This document shows, one piece after another, positions 1-9,501 of a stretch of DNA of 64,000 nucleotides; the first letter of the stretch is position 1, and every line of letters starts with the position of its first letter. A program made the translations under genes and the position numbers. Under the pieces are notes generated by a model that was given only the letters and a program-made list of their open reading frames with translations, searched no databases and was not told the origin of the DNA. The stretch is from positions 7,379 to 71,378 of the forward strand of contig CAZOQX010000002.1 in the NCBI GenBank assembly GCA_964582465.1. The letters run 5' to 3'. Source of the DNA: an uncultured Candidatus Saccharibacteria bacterium (GTDB taxonomy: Bacteria > Patescibacteriota > Saccharimonadia > UBA4664 > CAZOQX01).

Positions 1-1
1 T

Positions 2-247
2 TTAATTGAAATCAAGCAGAAGGGTTTTTTTAACCGCCGGGTGAGAGAGTTTCCGCTCGATAAGATCCAAAACGTCAACTATCACATCAAAGGCTTCCAG
101 GCGGTGATTTTTCATTATGGTGATATCACGGCTCAAACCTATGTTGGTGACGTGGTGATGGACACGATTTATAAGCCCGTAGAAATCCACCAAAAGATGA
201 TTGGCGTTATCCGTTCGGTTGAGCCCTCGACGCCAGTCGGGGATTAG
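2..247 (+). CDS. bacterial PH-domain protein, 5'-truncated by window edge
   Basis: Frame open from base 2: LIEIKQKGFFNRRVREFPLDKIQNV...FHYGDITAQT, typical bPH_2-like pattern. Confidence 0.65.
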   Translation, partial: LIEIKQKGFFNRRVREFPLDKIQNVNYHIKGFQAVIFHYGDITAQTYVGDVVMDTIYKPVEIHQKMIGVIRSVEPSTPVGD

Positions 248-281
248 GGTAGGATTTATACAGTAATCCGAGGAGTTAATT

Positions 282-1304
282 TTGCCAGATAACAAACAGG
301 CTGCCAAACAGACGGCCAAGACTGAGCCGACCGAAAAGAAACCTGGGTCTGCCGCCAAAAATTGGTTAGCCAGTGTCGAGGAAAAAATCACTGCCGATCG
401 CGCTTCAATCTTTAAAATTCTTCTAGGTGTGGTGGCCTTAGCCATCCTTTTCTTGCTAGCTTTTGGCGCTCTAATCTACAAGTACAAAAGCTCCAGTAAC
501 ATCGTTTATGCGGTGTCAAAAGTGGTGCCTTATCCCGTGGTGACGGTAAATGGCCATTATGGTACTTATGGTGAGTATTTGTTCGAAGTACGAACCTTGG
601 AGCGTTACGCTGAGAGCCAGGCCTCGGAGCAGGGGCAGCCGCAAGTTAACTTCAGTTCCAAAGCTGGCCACGCTCAGCTGGTTACGATCGAAAACACCGC
701 CCTACAGGATATTAAAAATCGCTTAATCGTGAAGCAGCTCGCCACAACCTATAAGGTGAAGGTTACCTCTAAAGAATTAAACGACGATGTGACTAATTTG
801 AAAAACCAATCTGGTGGTGACAAGAAATTCCAGGAAGTGCTAGCAAGCGTTTACGGTTGGACAATTAACGACCTGCGCCACGAGCTGTACTACCAAATCC
901 AGCAGCAAAAAGTCTCACAGGCGATCTCCAATGACTCCAAAATTACGGCTCCGGCTAAGGCTAAGGCCGAAGAAGTACTCGCGAAAGTTAAGGCTGGCGG
1001 TGACTTTGCTCAGCTGGCCCAGCAGTACTCCCAGGATACCAGTGCCTCCAATGGTGGTGATATTGGTTTCATCCGCAAGGCCGACGTCGTGCCGGAGTTT
1101 GCCAATGCTGCCTTTGCCTTGCAGGTTGGCCAAACTTCCGATTTGGTCAAGAGCCAGTACGGCTACCACATCATCAAAGTGCTAGAGAAGAAGGACGATC
1201 AAGTCCACGCGGCTCACATCCTAATTAAGACTGTCGATCCTCAGCAATATATTCAAGATAAAGTCACTCACGCCAAGGTTCACACATTCTTTAAAGCTTC
1301 TTAA
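282..1304 (+). CDS. PrsA/SurA-like parvulin (PpiC) peptidyl-prolyl isomerase, membrane anchored
   Basis: TM helix, then GGDFAQLAQQYSQD..NGGDIGF..VPEFANAAF..SQYGYHIIKV parvulin signature; SD GAGGAG before TTG. Confidence 0.9.
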   Translation: MPDNKQAAKQTAKTEPTEKKPGSAAKNWLASVEEKITADRASIFKILLGVVALAILFLLAFGALIYKYKSSSNIVYAVSKVVPYPVVTVNGHYGTYGEYLFEVRTLERYAESQASEQGQPQVNFSSKAGHAQLVTIENTALQDIKNRLIVKQLATTYKVKVTSKELNDDVTNLKNQSGGDKKFQEVLASVYGWTINDLRHELYYQIQQQKVSQAISNDSKITAPAKAKAEEVLAKVKAGGDFAQLAQQYSQDTSASNGGDIGFIRKADVVPEFANAAFALQVGQTSDLVKSQYGYHIIKVLEKKDDQVHAAHILIKTVDPQQYIQDKVTHAKVHTFFKAS

Positions 1305-1312
1305 AACGAAGA

Positions 1313-1346
1313 CCTCCGGCTAGTAACCATTGGTCCTCGCCGGAGG
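1313..1346. terminator. hairpin between convergent genes
   Basis: CCTCCGGC...GCCGGAGG inverted repeat. Confidence 0.55.
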
Positions 1347-1387
1347 CGGTTTGCGGTGCTCGTCGTCGGGGTACTGAGGATCGGGCC

Positions 1388-1774
1388 TCATTTGGTGGCT
1401 CGGATCGTGTCGCGGCCCTTGCGGTTGGGCTTCTTCGACTTGCCACCACTCTTCTGCTTGGCTTCCGCCGCTACGCGGCGGGCCTTGCGCTCACGTGAAG
1501 AAAGAGTGTTTGGCGAGTGGGGCGGCGCACCGCGGGCGGTGATGGAAGCGGCTGGCCTTGGTTCGGCGTCCGATGGGCGATCGTCATAGCGCGACGGGGC
1601 ATGCCCATAGTCGCGACCGAACTGGCGATCGTGGTCCTTCTGAAGGATCTCGCCGATCCAGGCGCCGTCTGTCGACTTTCCTTCTGACTTCTGGGTTAAT
1701 TCTGCCTGGAGTCGCTTGGTGTCGAACTGGCTGGTGCCGATTTGCCTCTTCTTGCCGGGTGAGGTTCTGCTCAC
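1388..1774 (-). CDS. basic, low-complexity hypothetical protein
   Basis: 128-aa ORF with SD AAGGGGG before GTG, upstream TGcTATAGT extended -10, downstream hairpin. Confidence 0.6.
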   Translation of the reverse strand: MSRTSPGKKRQIGTSQFDTKRLQAELTQKSEGKSTDGAWIGEILQKDHDRQFGRDYGHAPSRYDDRPSDAEPRPAASITARGAPPHSPNTLSSRERKARRVAAEAKQKSGGKSKKPNRKGRDTIRATK

Positions 1775-1867
1775 GGTTCCCCCTTGTCGTGTCGCTTCGG
1801 CATACTATAGCACGAACATTCCCATTCGCAAGAGTGTAGTTGACTTCTCCCGCCCCCAATGTTGCAT

Positions 1868-2353
1868 TTATGATGTTTGTAGCTTGCGATACTCACGCCA
1901 GGTGAGGGCGACAATCAAGAAGTCGAAGGCGGTCAGAAAAAGTAGACCAACTCCGTGGGTAACGCCGAAGCGATAGGATTGGTACAAGATGAAGACGAAT
2001 AAGAAAACGATCATGACCGGATAGGCCCAAGTGATCTTTCGGAGTAGGGCAATGACTAGAATTATTTTGACTAAACCGTGGGCCAACAAATAGATGGCAG
2101 CAAAGGTTGGGCTTGAGGCCAAGTGTTGGGTAGAGTGGATGAGGTGACCTGCAATGAAATCACGCGGGTCCTCCGAAAGTTCATGTTGGGTTAGGGTCAC
2201 GACCGCACGATTAATCGTTTCCGGCGCAAACCATACTAGCAGGCCGCCAATTAGTTCGAGTAATCCGTCGATGCCTTTAGCGATAATGCTGTACTCGAAG
2301 GTTTTATCGAGCCAAGTTTTGGGCTGAAACCATTTATTGAGCGTAGCTGCCAT
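1868..2353 (-). CDS. DUF2127 family membrane protein
   Basis: KGIDGLLELIGG, ELSEDPRDFIA, YLLAHGLVK, WAYP, WREY motifs; start set at MAATL. Confidence 0.8.
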   Translation of the reverse strand: MAATLNKWFQPKTWLDKTFEYSIIAKGIDGLLELIGGLLVWFAPETINRAVVTLTQHELSEDPRDFIAGHLIHSTQHLASSPTFAAIYLLAHGLVKIILVIALLRKITWAYPVMIVFLFVFILYQSYRFGVTHGVGLLFLTAFDFLIVALTWREYRKLQTS

Positions 2354-2510
2354 ATCTTTAGTATATATCTTAGGCGGTTGGTTAGTCAGCGGCGCCAAAA
2401 AATAGTCTATGCGCCAAAATAACAATAAAGCGCAGCAATCTAATTGGGCATTTACACGAGATTAGAAGACTGATACATGTTTATAATTACAGGGTTAGTA
2501 AGGAGATTAG

Positions 2511-2924
2511 ATGGCGACTAAGTTGAACCCATATCTCAACTTTAAGGATAATACTCGCGAGGCCATGGAGTTTTATAAAAGCATCCTTGGCGGCAAGCTA
2601 GACCTCAGTACCTACAAGGAATTTCAGGCTTCGGAAGATCCTAGTGAGGACAACAAGATTATGCACGCCGTGCTCGAGGTCGGTGATATGACCTTAATGG
2701 CAGCCGATACTCCTAACCGCATGGAGCACAAACCCGGCTCGAATTTCAGCCTGTCTCTAAGCGGCGACGATGAAGCAGAGCTGAAGGGCTATTTCGAGAA
2801 GCTGGCCGAAGGGGGGCAGATTACAATGCCGCTCGAAAAGGCTCAGTGGGGCGACACTTTTGGCATGCTAGTAGATAAGTTTGGTATTAGTTGGCTGGTG
2901 AATATCGCCGGCAAGCACGAATAA
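2511..2924 (+). CDS. VOC/PhnB (3-demethylubiquinone-9 3-methyltransferase-like) family protein
   Basis: LNPYLNF..REAMEFYKSILGG, IMHA, MPLEKAQWGDTFGMLVDKFGISW; SD AAGGAG. Confidence 0.9.
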   Translation: MATKLNPYLNFKDNTREAMEFYKSILGGKLDLSTYKEFQASEDPSEDNKIMHAVLEVGDMTLMAADTPNRMEHKPGSNFSLSLSGDDEAELKGYFEKLAEGGQITMPLEKAQWGDTFGMLVDKFGISWLVNIAGKHE

Positions 2925-3263
2925 TTGGCCTACAACGAAGATCTGGCCAAGCGGATCCGTACGCTTACAGACGGGACTCCGGGTTTGTCCGAAAAGGGGA
3001 TGTTCGGCGGCTTGGCCTTCCTCATTAACGGCAATATGGCAGTGGCGGCAAGCGGGCAGGGAGGCATCCTAGTTCGAGTTGATCCGGCACAATCGGCGCA
3101 GCTCATTTCTACTACAGCCGCCTCGCCGATGGAGATGCGCGGGCATACTATGCCGGGGTGGTTAAGGGTCGACACAAAAAATCTGGACGGGACGGAATTA
3201 GATATGTGGGTTGAACTGGGCATTACATACGCGGCTGGCTTGGCGAAGAAGAAGGGCTATTAG
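2925..3263 (+). CDS. TfoX/Sxy N-terminal domain protein
   Basis: MAYNEDLAKRIR..EKGMFGGLAFLINGNM. Confidence 0.85.
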   Translation: MAYNEDLAKRIRTLTDGTPGLSEKGMFGGLAFLINGNMAVAASGQGGILVRVDPAQSAQLISTTAASPMEMRGHTMPGWLRVDTKNLDGTELDMWVELGITYAAGLAKKKGY

Positions 3264-3337
3264 AAGGTAATCGCCGAGTCCTCCGCGAATACACCCGTCT
3301 CTTTATCTGAGTGGCAGGTGGTATAATCGTTATGGTT

Positions 3338-4618
3338 ATGCAACTACTACGTCCGGCCATCAGTCTCAAAGGTTTTATTGCAAATGCCTGGCAGAGTATT
3401 CGTTCCCAGCCACTCAATCCGGTCAATATCAAATACTATGTTCTTGGTACAAGCTTTTTGATTTTCGGCGTTGGTCTCGGTGCTTTATTTACGGTGTCGG
3501 GGCAGGATTTTATTTCACATATTGGTCAAACTGTAGCATCTCACTTAGTTGATGCTCCCGCTGCAACTCCTAGCCCTACAGCTTCGCCAAGTCCTAAAGC
3601 AACTTCGAAGAAGGGTAGCACTTCGGGAGGGGGGAGTGGCGGCAACAGTGCTACGACCCCGTTGCCGACGATGTTCGTGGGTGGTTTCCAAATTAATACG
3701 GTCGCAAAAGCCAATAACGCCGCCGCACTCGGCATTAAGTACGCTATCAACTATGCCTTGCCTCCGGATGAGAGTAGCTCGTTGGGGCAGGCCTTTAAAT
3801 CTCTAGGCATCAGTGTCATAGATAGCGCGCCGATGGACTATTTAACACAGTACGAGTGTCATAAACTCAGGGTAACCGAGCCGCCCAGTTATTGGCAGGG
3901 CCTGTTATTTTGTGACCGCGACTATCCTTACTTGCCCACGGAGGATAGCGTACTCGCCAATTTAGAGGCCCATTTAAAGTCTACTCAGTCGAACGCTCTA
4001 ATTAAGGGTTTTTGGGTACTTGATGATTGGCCGGCCAAGGACCCGGGCACGGCTAAATCATTGCTTGAAAGAATGCATAACTTGATTGCTCGCTACCGGC
4101 CGGGGCTCCCGGCTATTTGTGGATTTGGCGGCTCCATTGGCTTAACATCTATGGATGCGAGTGGGGGCTATAAGGAGACTCTCTATGATAACTTCACAGC
4201 GACAGGCTGTGATACGGTGGCTTTCTACATCTATCCGCGTTACATCACCGACTCGGATCCCTTACCAAACTTGGATCTAATTGACTGGTCACTTGCAAAT
4301 ACTTTGCCGGGGCGTTTCGCTGCCCTAGCAGCCCGCGGTTGGGATAAACAAAAAACTCCATTGATTGGTGTTCCGCAGGGATACAGCCGGCATGACGGTC
4401 CAAATGTTTTCAGATTTCCGCCCAGGCAGCAAGACTTAACAAATCAAATTGTAGGTTATTGCCGGCAGGGCGCCATAGGCATTGCGCCTTACGCTTGGCT
4501 GGATTCGACCGACCTGAACTGGGATCCGGTGACCCTATCGCCGATGAATAGCTTGGTGATTGCCAATGGTATCAAGGTCGGTTTAAGCAGTTGTCGCACG
4601 ATTTTACATATGCAGTAA
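3338..4618 (+). CDS. membrane-anchored exported protein, possible glycoside hydrolase-like TIM barrel
   Basis: TM helix, P/S/T/G linker, Cys-containing globular domain with GFWVLDD; start uncertain (3332/3338). Confidence 0.55.
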   Translation: MQLLRPAISLKGFIANAWQSIRSQPLNPVNIKYYVLGTSFLIFGVGLGALFTVSGQDFISHIGQTVASHLVDAPAATPSPTASPSPKATSKKGSTSGGGSGGNSATTPLPTMFVGGFQINTVAKANNAAALGIKYAINYALPPDESSSLGQAFKSLGISVIDSAPMDYLTQYECHKLRVTEPPSYWQGLLFCDRDYPYLPTEDSVLANLEAHLKSTQSNALIKGFWVLDDWPAKDPGTAKSLLERMHNLIARYRPGLPAICGFGGSIGLTSMDASGGYKETLYDNFTATGCDTVAFYIYPRYITDSDPLPNLDLIDWSLANTLPGRFAALAARGWDKQKTPLIGVPQGYSRHDGPNVFRFPPRQQDLTNQIVGYCRQGAIGIAPYAWLDSTDLNWDPVTLSPMNSLVIANGIKVGLSSCRTILHMQ

Positions 4619-4622
4619 CAAT

Positions 4623-4698
4623 TGGCGGGCCCGACCGGGATTGAACCGGCGATCTCCTCCGTGACAGGGAGGCGTGTTAACCGCTACACTACGGGCCC
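4623..4698 (-). tRNA. tRNA-Asp(GTC)
   Basis: Cloverleaf GGGCCCG..CTGTCAC..GGTTCAA..CCA on minus strand. Confidence 0.97.
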
Positions 4699-4937
4699 GT
4701 ATCACCTTTAAGTTTTACAAACGCTACGCTGGTTTGCAAAACTTTCTGATTCTGGAGCCGGTCAATCGTAGCAAATCGGCTGATCGGAGGCAAGTAGAGT
4801 TGGTGCTTATGGCTAAATTATGGTGCTTGAAGCTGGCTGAGATTAGGTGTTTTTCTCTTGTGTCACCGTCAGCCGTCTTGTAAGATAGCGCTCTGTGGCC
4901 AAAGCCAAAAAAGAGTCTCGGAAAGGGGAGCTGTCGC

Positions 4938-5237
4938 ATGAAGAATGTGTATGCCGAGATCGAGGAGCTTGACTACATCGGTCGGACCGGGGGCGGGCTG
5001 GACGATCGATCGGTGTTGCTCCGCCTGCTCACGGAGCTCAAGGAGCACCCTGACAGGCGGACAGAGCTCAAGCCCGAGATCGTGCGGCGCTGCTTGGCCT
5101 TCCGACACCGCGAGTTGGGCCACCCCGGCTACTACCAGGTGGCGAAGCTCATCCGTGAGCTGCGCATTGATCTCGCCAAGGAGGCCGCAATCCGGAAGCG
5201 CCGTCGCCGCCATCTGCGTCTCGTACCGACGAGATAG
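4938..5237 (+). CDS. hypothetical protein (GC-rich orphan)
   Basis: SD GAAAGGGG, strongly G/C-ending codons, downstream hairpin. Confidence 0.7.
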   Translation: MKNVYAEIEELDYIGRTGGGLDDRSVLLRLLTELKEHPDRRTELKPEIVRRCLAFRHRELGHPGYYQVAKLIRELRIDLAKEAAIRKRRRRHLRLVPTR

Positions 5238-5257
5238 CCCCCGCGCTACGCGCCCCA

Positions 5258-5300
5258 GTCCCGGTCTGTGCTCACGCACGGACCGGGACGTTCGCATTTT
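5258..5300 (+). terminator. intrinsic terminator
   Basis: GTCCCGGTCTGTGC-TCAC-GCACGGACCGGGAC followed by weak U tract. Confidence 0.7.
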
Positions 5301-5435
5301 GGTGCCCGCTCAGAAGCGTTAGCATAATCATCCAAAATTAACAAAAACAACATAAGAACATTTGGACTTCCCACTAATGAGGTTGCGCGTCCCTTCAGTC
5401 ATAATGGCGTTACCATTAAGGAGAGGAATAATAAA

Positions 5436-5591
5436 GTGGCAAGTTCAAAGGGGCGGAAGCTTAAGTCACTTTCTGATGCTCGGACGAACGACCAGGTCTT
5501 CTGGATGAGCCTAGAGGAGGCGAAACGAGCTATCGCCGATAAATATGAGTTCTTGGCTGAGCGCATTGATCGACGCGCGCTTAGAAAATAA
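5436..5591 (+). CDS. small hypothetical protein, 51 aa (not in ORF track)
   Basis: SD AGGAGAGG, GTG start, MASSKGRKLKSLSDARTNDQVFWMSLEEAKRAIADKYEFLAERIDRRALRK, followed by terminator. Confidence 0.65.
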   Translation: MASSKGRKLKSLSDARTNDQVFWMSLEEAKRAIADKYEFLAERIDRRALRK

Positions 5592-5612
5592 CAAAACTGT
5601 TTTTAAACTAGT

Positions 5613-5638
5613 GCCGCCCTTTTTGGGGCGGCCTTTTT
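5613..5638 (+). terminator. intrinsic terminator
   Basis: GCCGCCC-TTTTG-GGGCGGC followed by T run. Confidence 0.8.
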
Positions 5639-5711
5639 GTTTAGACTTGGACAAAAAATTAGTTCGCCTGAAGCGCTAGCTTTGTTAAAATGTGGGAGCG
5701 GTACTAAGCGT

Positions 5712-5787
5712 GCCGATGTAGCTCAGCTGGTAGAGCAGTGCTTTCGTAAAGCAAAGGTCGGCGGTTCGAGCCCGCCCATCGGCTCCA
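5712..5787 (+). tRNA. tRNA-Thr(CGT)
   Basis: GCCGATG..TTCGTAA loop..GGTTCGA..CCA. Confidence 0.95.
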
Positions 5788-5788
5788 T

Positions 5789-5862
5789 GCGGGTATGGTT
5801 TAGTGGTAGAATGCAACCTTCCCAAGGTTGAGATACGGGTTCGATTCCCGTTACCCGCTCCA
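5789..5862 (+). tRNA. tRNA-Gly(CCC)
   Basis: GCGGGTA..TTCCCAA loop..GGTTCGA..CCA; 1 nt after tRNA-Thr. Confidence 0.95.
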
Positions 5863-5996
5863 GGAATGACAATGTTTACTTGTTACGGCTATTTTGGTTG
5901 TTCAGCGACCTGGTTATATGGTTTAATTACTTCCTAAGGCGGTGAGCTAGCAGGCTCATCGTTTTCGATACCCATACGGAGAGAGGTGAGCCGGGA

Positions 5997-6248
5997 ATGA
6001 AGGTCTACATCCTGGTCGAGGTGGCAGTGGGCCTGGTGCCGCAGGTCGAGGCGGAATGCCAGATGCCCAAGAGTGCCACCCGCGGCATTAGGGGGGTCAC
6101 GAAGGTCGAGCACGTCACCGGTCCCTACGACGTGATCATCCAGGCTGAGTCGGCCAATCATGACACCGTGAACACACATCTGGAAAAGCCTATCAAAGAC
6201 ATCCCCGGTGTCCGGCGTGTGATGGTTTGCCCGGTCGCCGCAGGCTGA
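5997..6248 (+). CDS. stand-alone Lrp/AsnC ligand-binding domain protein
   Basis: KVYILVEV..VTGPYDVII..IKDIPGVRR; SD GAGAGGTG. Confidence 0.8.
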   Translation: MKVYILVEVAVGLVPQVEAECQMPKSATRGIRGVTKVEHVTGPYDVIIQAESANHDTVNTHLEKPIKDIPGVRRVMVCPVAAG

Positions 6249-6262
6249 CTCGATTGATCGGC

Positions 6263-6292
6263 GCGGGCGGGAGCATTTTAGCTCCTGCCCGC
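6263..6292 (+). terminator. GC-rich hairpin
   Basis: GCGGGCGGGAGC...GCTCCTGCCCGC. Confidence 0.55.
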
Positions 6293-6322
6293 CCGGTTAC
6301 CACATCTGGTATAATTCTAAGC

Positions 6323-6724
6323 ATGAAAATAATCACCCCTAAGGCTCTCCGGGGGTATTTGTCCGAAAAGATTACTAGCTTTAGTGAACAACGCTTCTGG
6401 CAGGACAAACTTTCTTTAGCCGTACTAATTGCCGCCCTCATCTTAAATGGAATCACTTTTGTAGTGCTGGCAGTTCGAGTTCATCCCGCGCAGTTCGAAG
6501 TACCAGTGCGTTATTCCAGCTTGGTCGGCTTCGATGTGCTTGGCCCGTGGTACGAAATTTACCGCATCGGACTTTTTGCCGTCGCCGTGACCGTGGTGAA
6601 CGGCTTGCTTGCTTATAAGAGCTTTGCCCGCAGCCGCATCACCAGCTTCTTTCTTCTAGTCGGCGCCTTTGTGGTGGCCTTGTTTTGTCTAATAATTGGT
6701 ACGGCGTTTACGGCCATTGTCTGA
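6323..6724 (+). CDS. membrane protein (3 TM)
   Basis: ATG 7 nt after TATAAT; VPVRYS..GFD..GPW motif; overlaps next start. Confidence 0.75.
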   Translation: MKIITPKALRGYLSEKITSFSEQRFWQDKLSLAVLIAALILNGITFVVLAVRVHPAQFEVPVRYSSLVGFDVLGPWYEIYRIGLFAVAVTVVNGLLAYKSFARSRITSFFLLVGAFVVALFCLIIGTAFTAIV

Positions 6725-8406
6725 TGAGTGAACGCCTGAATTACTACGAGCGGCCAGGATTTAAACGCATGCTCGAAATATTCCCCGGCGCGCTAACTTG
6801 GACACTAATTATTTTGCCGATAGTTTTGAGTTTGGTGAAGCCGGTATTGGTGGCTTATTTCATCATTGCCTTTGACCTATTTTGGTTGGTGAAATCGCTC
6901 AGGCTAAGCTTTAACTTGATACGAGGTTACCGTACCATGCATCGCTATAGCCTGGTTGACTGGAATGGCCGGGTGGCTGATCTGAATGATCTGGAGCTAG
7001 CGGTCAAGCGCCGCCGCCAGGAATTAGAAAAATTGCAGCGCGAACATCCCTATGTGCAAGATTTTTGGCCGTCAAATCTGCAGAAGCGAGGGCAGCGGGT
7101 ACGCTGGCTGAATGCGCGCAAGCACCTGCAGGAGCTTGAAGAGTTGGCCGATCGGCCGCAAACAGTACTTAAGCCTGAAGACTTGTATCATGCCATTATT
7201 CTTGCCGAGTACAATGAGCCGGTGGACATCATGGATGCGACCATCGAACAAGTGCTTGCATCCGATTATGACAAGCAGAAACTGATCTTTGTGCTGGCCT
7301 ACGAGGGACGGGGAAGCGGAGAGGACAAGCAAAACGTTAAGCGCCTTATGGAGAAGCACGGTTCTAAATTTGGGCATGCTCTCTTGATTGAACATCCGGA
7401 CGGTCTTCCTGGTGAGGCCCGGGCGAAAGGCGCCAATATCACCTATGCCGCGAGAAGACTGACTGAATTTGCCAGCAAGCAGGGGATTTCTCCGGATCAT
7501 ATCATTGTAACCACACTGGACGCCGATCATCGGCCCAGTCCGCATTACTTCAGCTATGTGACTTACATGTATGCGACTGATCCCAACCGTCTGCACAAAT
7601 CCTATCAGCCTGTGCCTATGCTTTATAACAACATCTGGGATGCGGCTGCTCCGATGCGGGTGGTGGCCTCCGGTGGTTCGTTCTGGATTCTGGTGCAGTG
7701 TATGACACCGCACCTGCTGCGCAACTTTTCGGCTCACGCCCAAGGACTGCAAACCCTAATTGACACAGATTATTGGAATGTGCAGTCGATCGTGGAGGAT
7801 GGACACCAGTATTGGCGGACTTTCTTTGCCTATGATGGCGATCATCAGGTAGTGCCGATTTTTGCGCCGATTTATCAGGACGCTGTGATTGCGGCGCGGT
7901 ACGGACGCACCCTGAAGGTCCAGTATATTCAGCTGCGACGTTGGGCCTGGGGGATTTCCGATTTTGCCTATGCAACGTCTAATTCACTGAAATATCGGTC
8001 AATTTCTTGGAACAAGAAGGTGGTGGAATTGCTTCGTTTGCTGGAGGGACACATCAGCTGGGCAACGGCGCCACTACTTCTATCATTTGTGGCTTGGTTG
8101 CCGCTGCTTTTGAACCGCCGTTTTAATCAAACACTGCTTGCTCATCAGTTGCCGGTAATTGCCAGTCGGATTCTGACGCTGGCGACACTCGGGCTGGTGA
8201 CCACTGTGTTTATTAGCCTGATTTCGTTACCGCCGCGGCCACCGCGCTACCGCCGAGTGCGCTTTATTAATATGACACTCCAATGGGCTCTCTTGCCGCT
8301 AGTTACAATCGTTTTCAGTGCCTTCCCGGCTATTGATGCCCAGACGCGTCTCATGCTTGGCAAATATCTGGACTTCCGTGTGACAGAGAAGAGGCTGGTC
8401 AAGTGA
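6724..8406 (+). CDS. glycosyltransferase family 2 (processive type, membrane)
   Basis: KGAN, LDAD, VED, QLRRWAWG (QxxRW) motifs with TM helices. Confidence 0.9.
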   Translation: MSERLNYYERPGFKRMLEIFPGALTWTLIILPIVLSLVKPVLVAYFIIAFDLFWLVKSLRLSFNLIRGYRTMHRYSLVDWNGRVADLNDLELAVKRRRQELEKLQREHPYVQDFWPSNLQKRGQRVRWLNARKHLQELEELADRPQTVLKPEDLYHAIILAEYNEPVDIMDATIEQVLASDYDKQKLIFVLAYEGRGSGEDKQNVKRLMEKHGSKFGHALLIEHPDGLPGEARAKGANITYAARRLTEFASKQGISPDHIIVTTLDADHRPSPHYFSYVTYMYATDPNRLHKSYQPVPMLYNNIWDAAAPMRVVASGGSFWILVQCMTPHLLRNFSAHAQGLQTLIDTDYWNVQSIVEDGHQYWRTFFAYDGDHQVVPIFAPIYQDAVIAARYGRTLKVQYIQLRRWAWGISDFAYATSNSLKYRSISWNKKVVELLRLLEGHISWATAPLLLSFVAWLPLLLNRRFNQTLLAHQLPVIASRILTLATLGLVTTVFISLISLPPRPPRYRRVRFINMTLQWALLPLVTIVFSAFPAIDAQTRLMLGKYLDFRVTEKRLVK

Positions 8407-9455
8407 ACTACTTGGCGGCGTTTGCGCTCTCAGCCCTTTTAAGCCTCGCCTTGACGCCCCTCGTGCGGCGCTGGGCGATCAAGCGCGGCATTGTGGATCT
8501 GCCCGGTCCGCGCAAGATTCATGTTAAGCCGATTGCTCGTCCGGGTGGGCTGGCAATCTTCCTGGCCTTTACCATGACGTTGCTACTATTCGTGCCGCTT
8601 AACCGCCACTTGGCTGGTTTGCTCGCCGGAGCCGTTATCTTGCTAATCGTGGGAATAATCGATGATATTAAGGGTCTCGGGCCCTGGCACAAGCTGGTGT
8701 GGCAGATTGTGGCTGCGGGAGTGGCATTGGCCGGCGGTATCGGCATCATCCATATTACAAACCCATTAGGCGGAGTTATTAATCTCGATTGGGCGCGGTT
8801 TGCTGTTCACCTCGGCTCCTGGCAGTTTCACATTACACCGATTGCCAACCTCTTTAGTATTATTTGGATCGTCGGTGTCATAAATACGATTAATTTTCTG
8901 GATGGTCTAGATGGACTGGCAGGAGGAGTATCAGCGATCTCGGCCATCATCATGTTTTTACTCGCGATTAGCCCCAGTGTGCACCAGCCCGAAACTGCTA
9001 TGATTGCAATTGTGCTCGCGGGTGCAGTGGTGGGTTTCCTGCCATCTAATTTTTTCCCTGCCAAGATCTTTATGGGGGACAGCGGGGCTTACTTTCTGGG
9101 GCTAATCTTGGCTTTACTCGCGATTTACTCAGGCGGCAAGCTGGCAACGGCCGCTCTAGTGCTTGGGTTCACGATTATCGATGGAATTTGGACCGTGCTA
9201 CGGCGTCTGTACGCCCGTCAGCCGATCTTTAAGGCCGATCGTAGGCATTTACACCATTTGCTGCTGGACGTTGGTATTTCGCACCGAGCGGCCGTTCTAC
9301 TGCTATATGTATTATCACTCTGCTTTGGTGTGGCTGCGCTCTTCATTGGCAGTTTCGCCAAATTGGTGGCTTTGATTGTTCTTGCGATCGTGATGGTATC
9401 CCTCATTGGTACGCTGCTATATTTGGCCGTTCGACGTACTCAGCAGAAGAGCTAA
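8403..9455 (+). CDS. WecA/TagO-type undecaprenyl-phosphate GlcNAc-1-phosphate transferase
   Basis: GIIDD, NFLDGLDGLA, IFMGDSG, DRRHLHH motifs. Confidence 0.92.
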   Translation: MNYLAAFALSALLSLALTPLVRRWAIKRGIVDLPGPRKIHVKPIARPGGLAIFLAFTMTLLLFVPLNRHLAGLLAGAVILLIVGIIDDIKGLGPWHKLVWQIVAAGVALAGGIGIIHITNPLGGVINLDWARFAVHLGSWQFHITPIANLFSIIWIVGVINTINFLDGLDGLAGGVSAISAIIMFLLAISPSVHQPETAMIAIVLAGAVVGFLPSNFFPAKIFMGDSGAYFLGLILALLAIYSGGKLATAALVLGFTIIDGIWTVLRRLYARQPIFKADRRHLHHLLLDVGISHRAAVLLLYVLSLCFGVAALFIGSFAKLVALIVLAIVMVSLIGTLLYLAVRRTQQKS

Positions 9456-9501
9456 TATTGAATTTTCCAGATAAGGATGCTATACTTTGCGGCGAGGGTG
9501 T

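Noticed and set aside
5738-5754. tRNA-Thr pseudogene due to G-A mismatch at the top of the anticodon stem
   Set aside because: A single 27-43 mismatch is tolerated; the other arms and CCA are intact.
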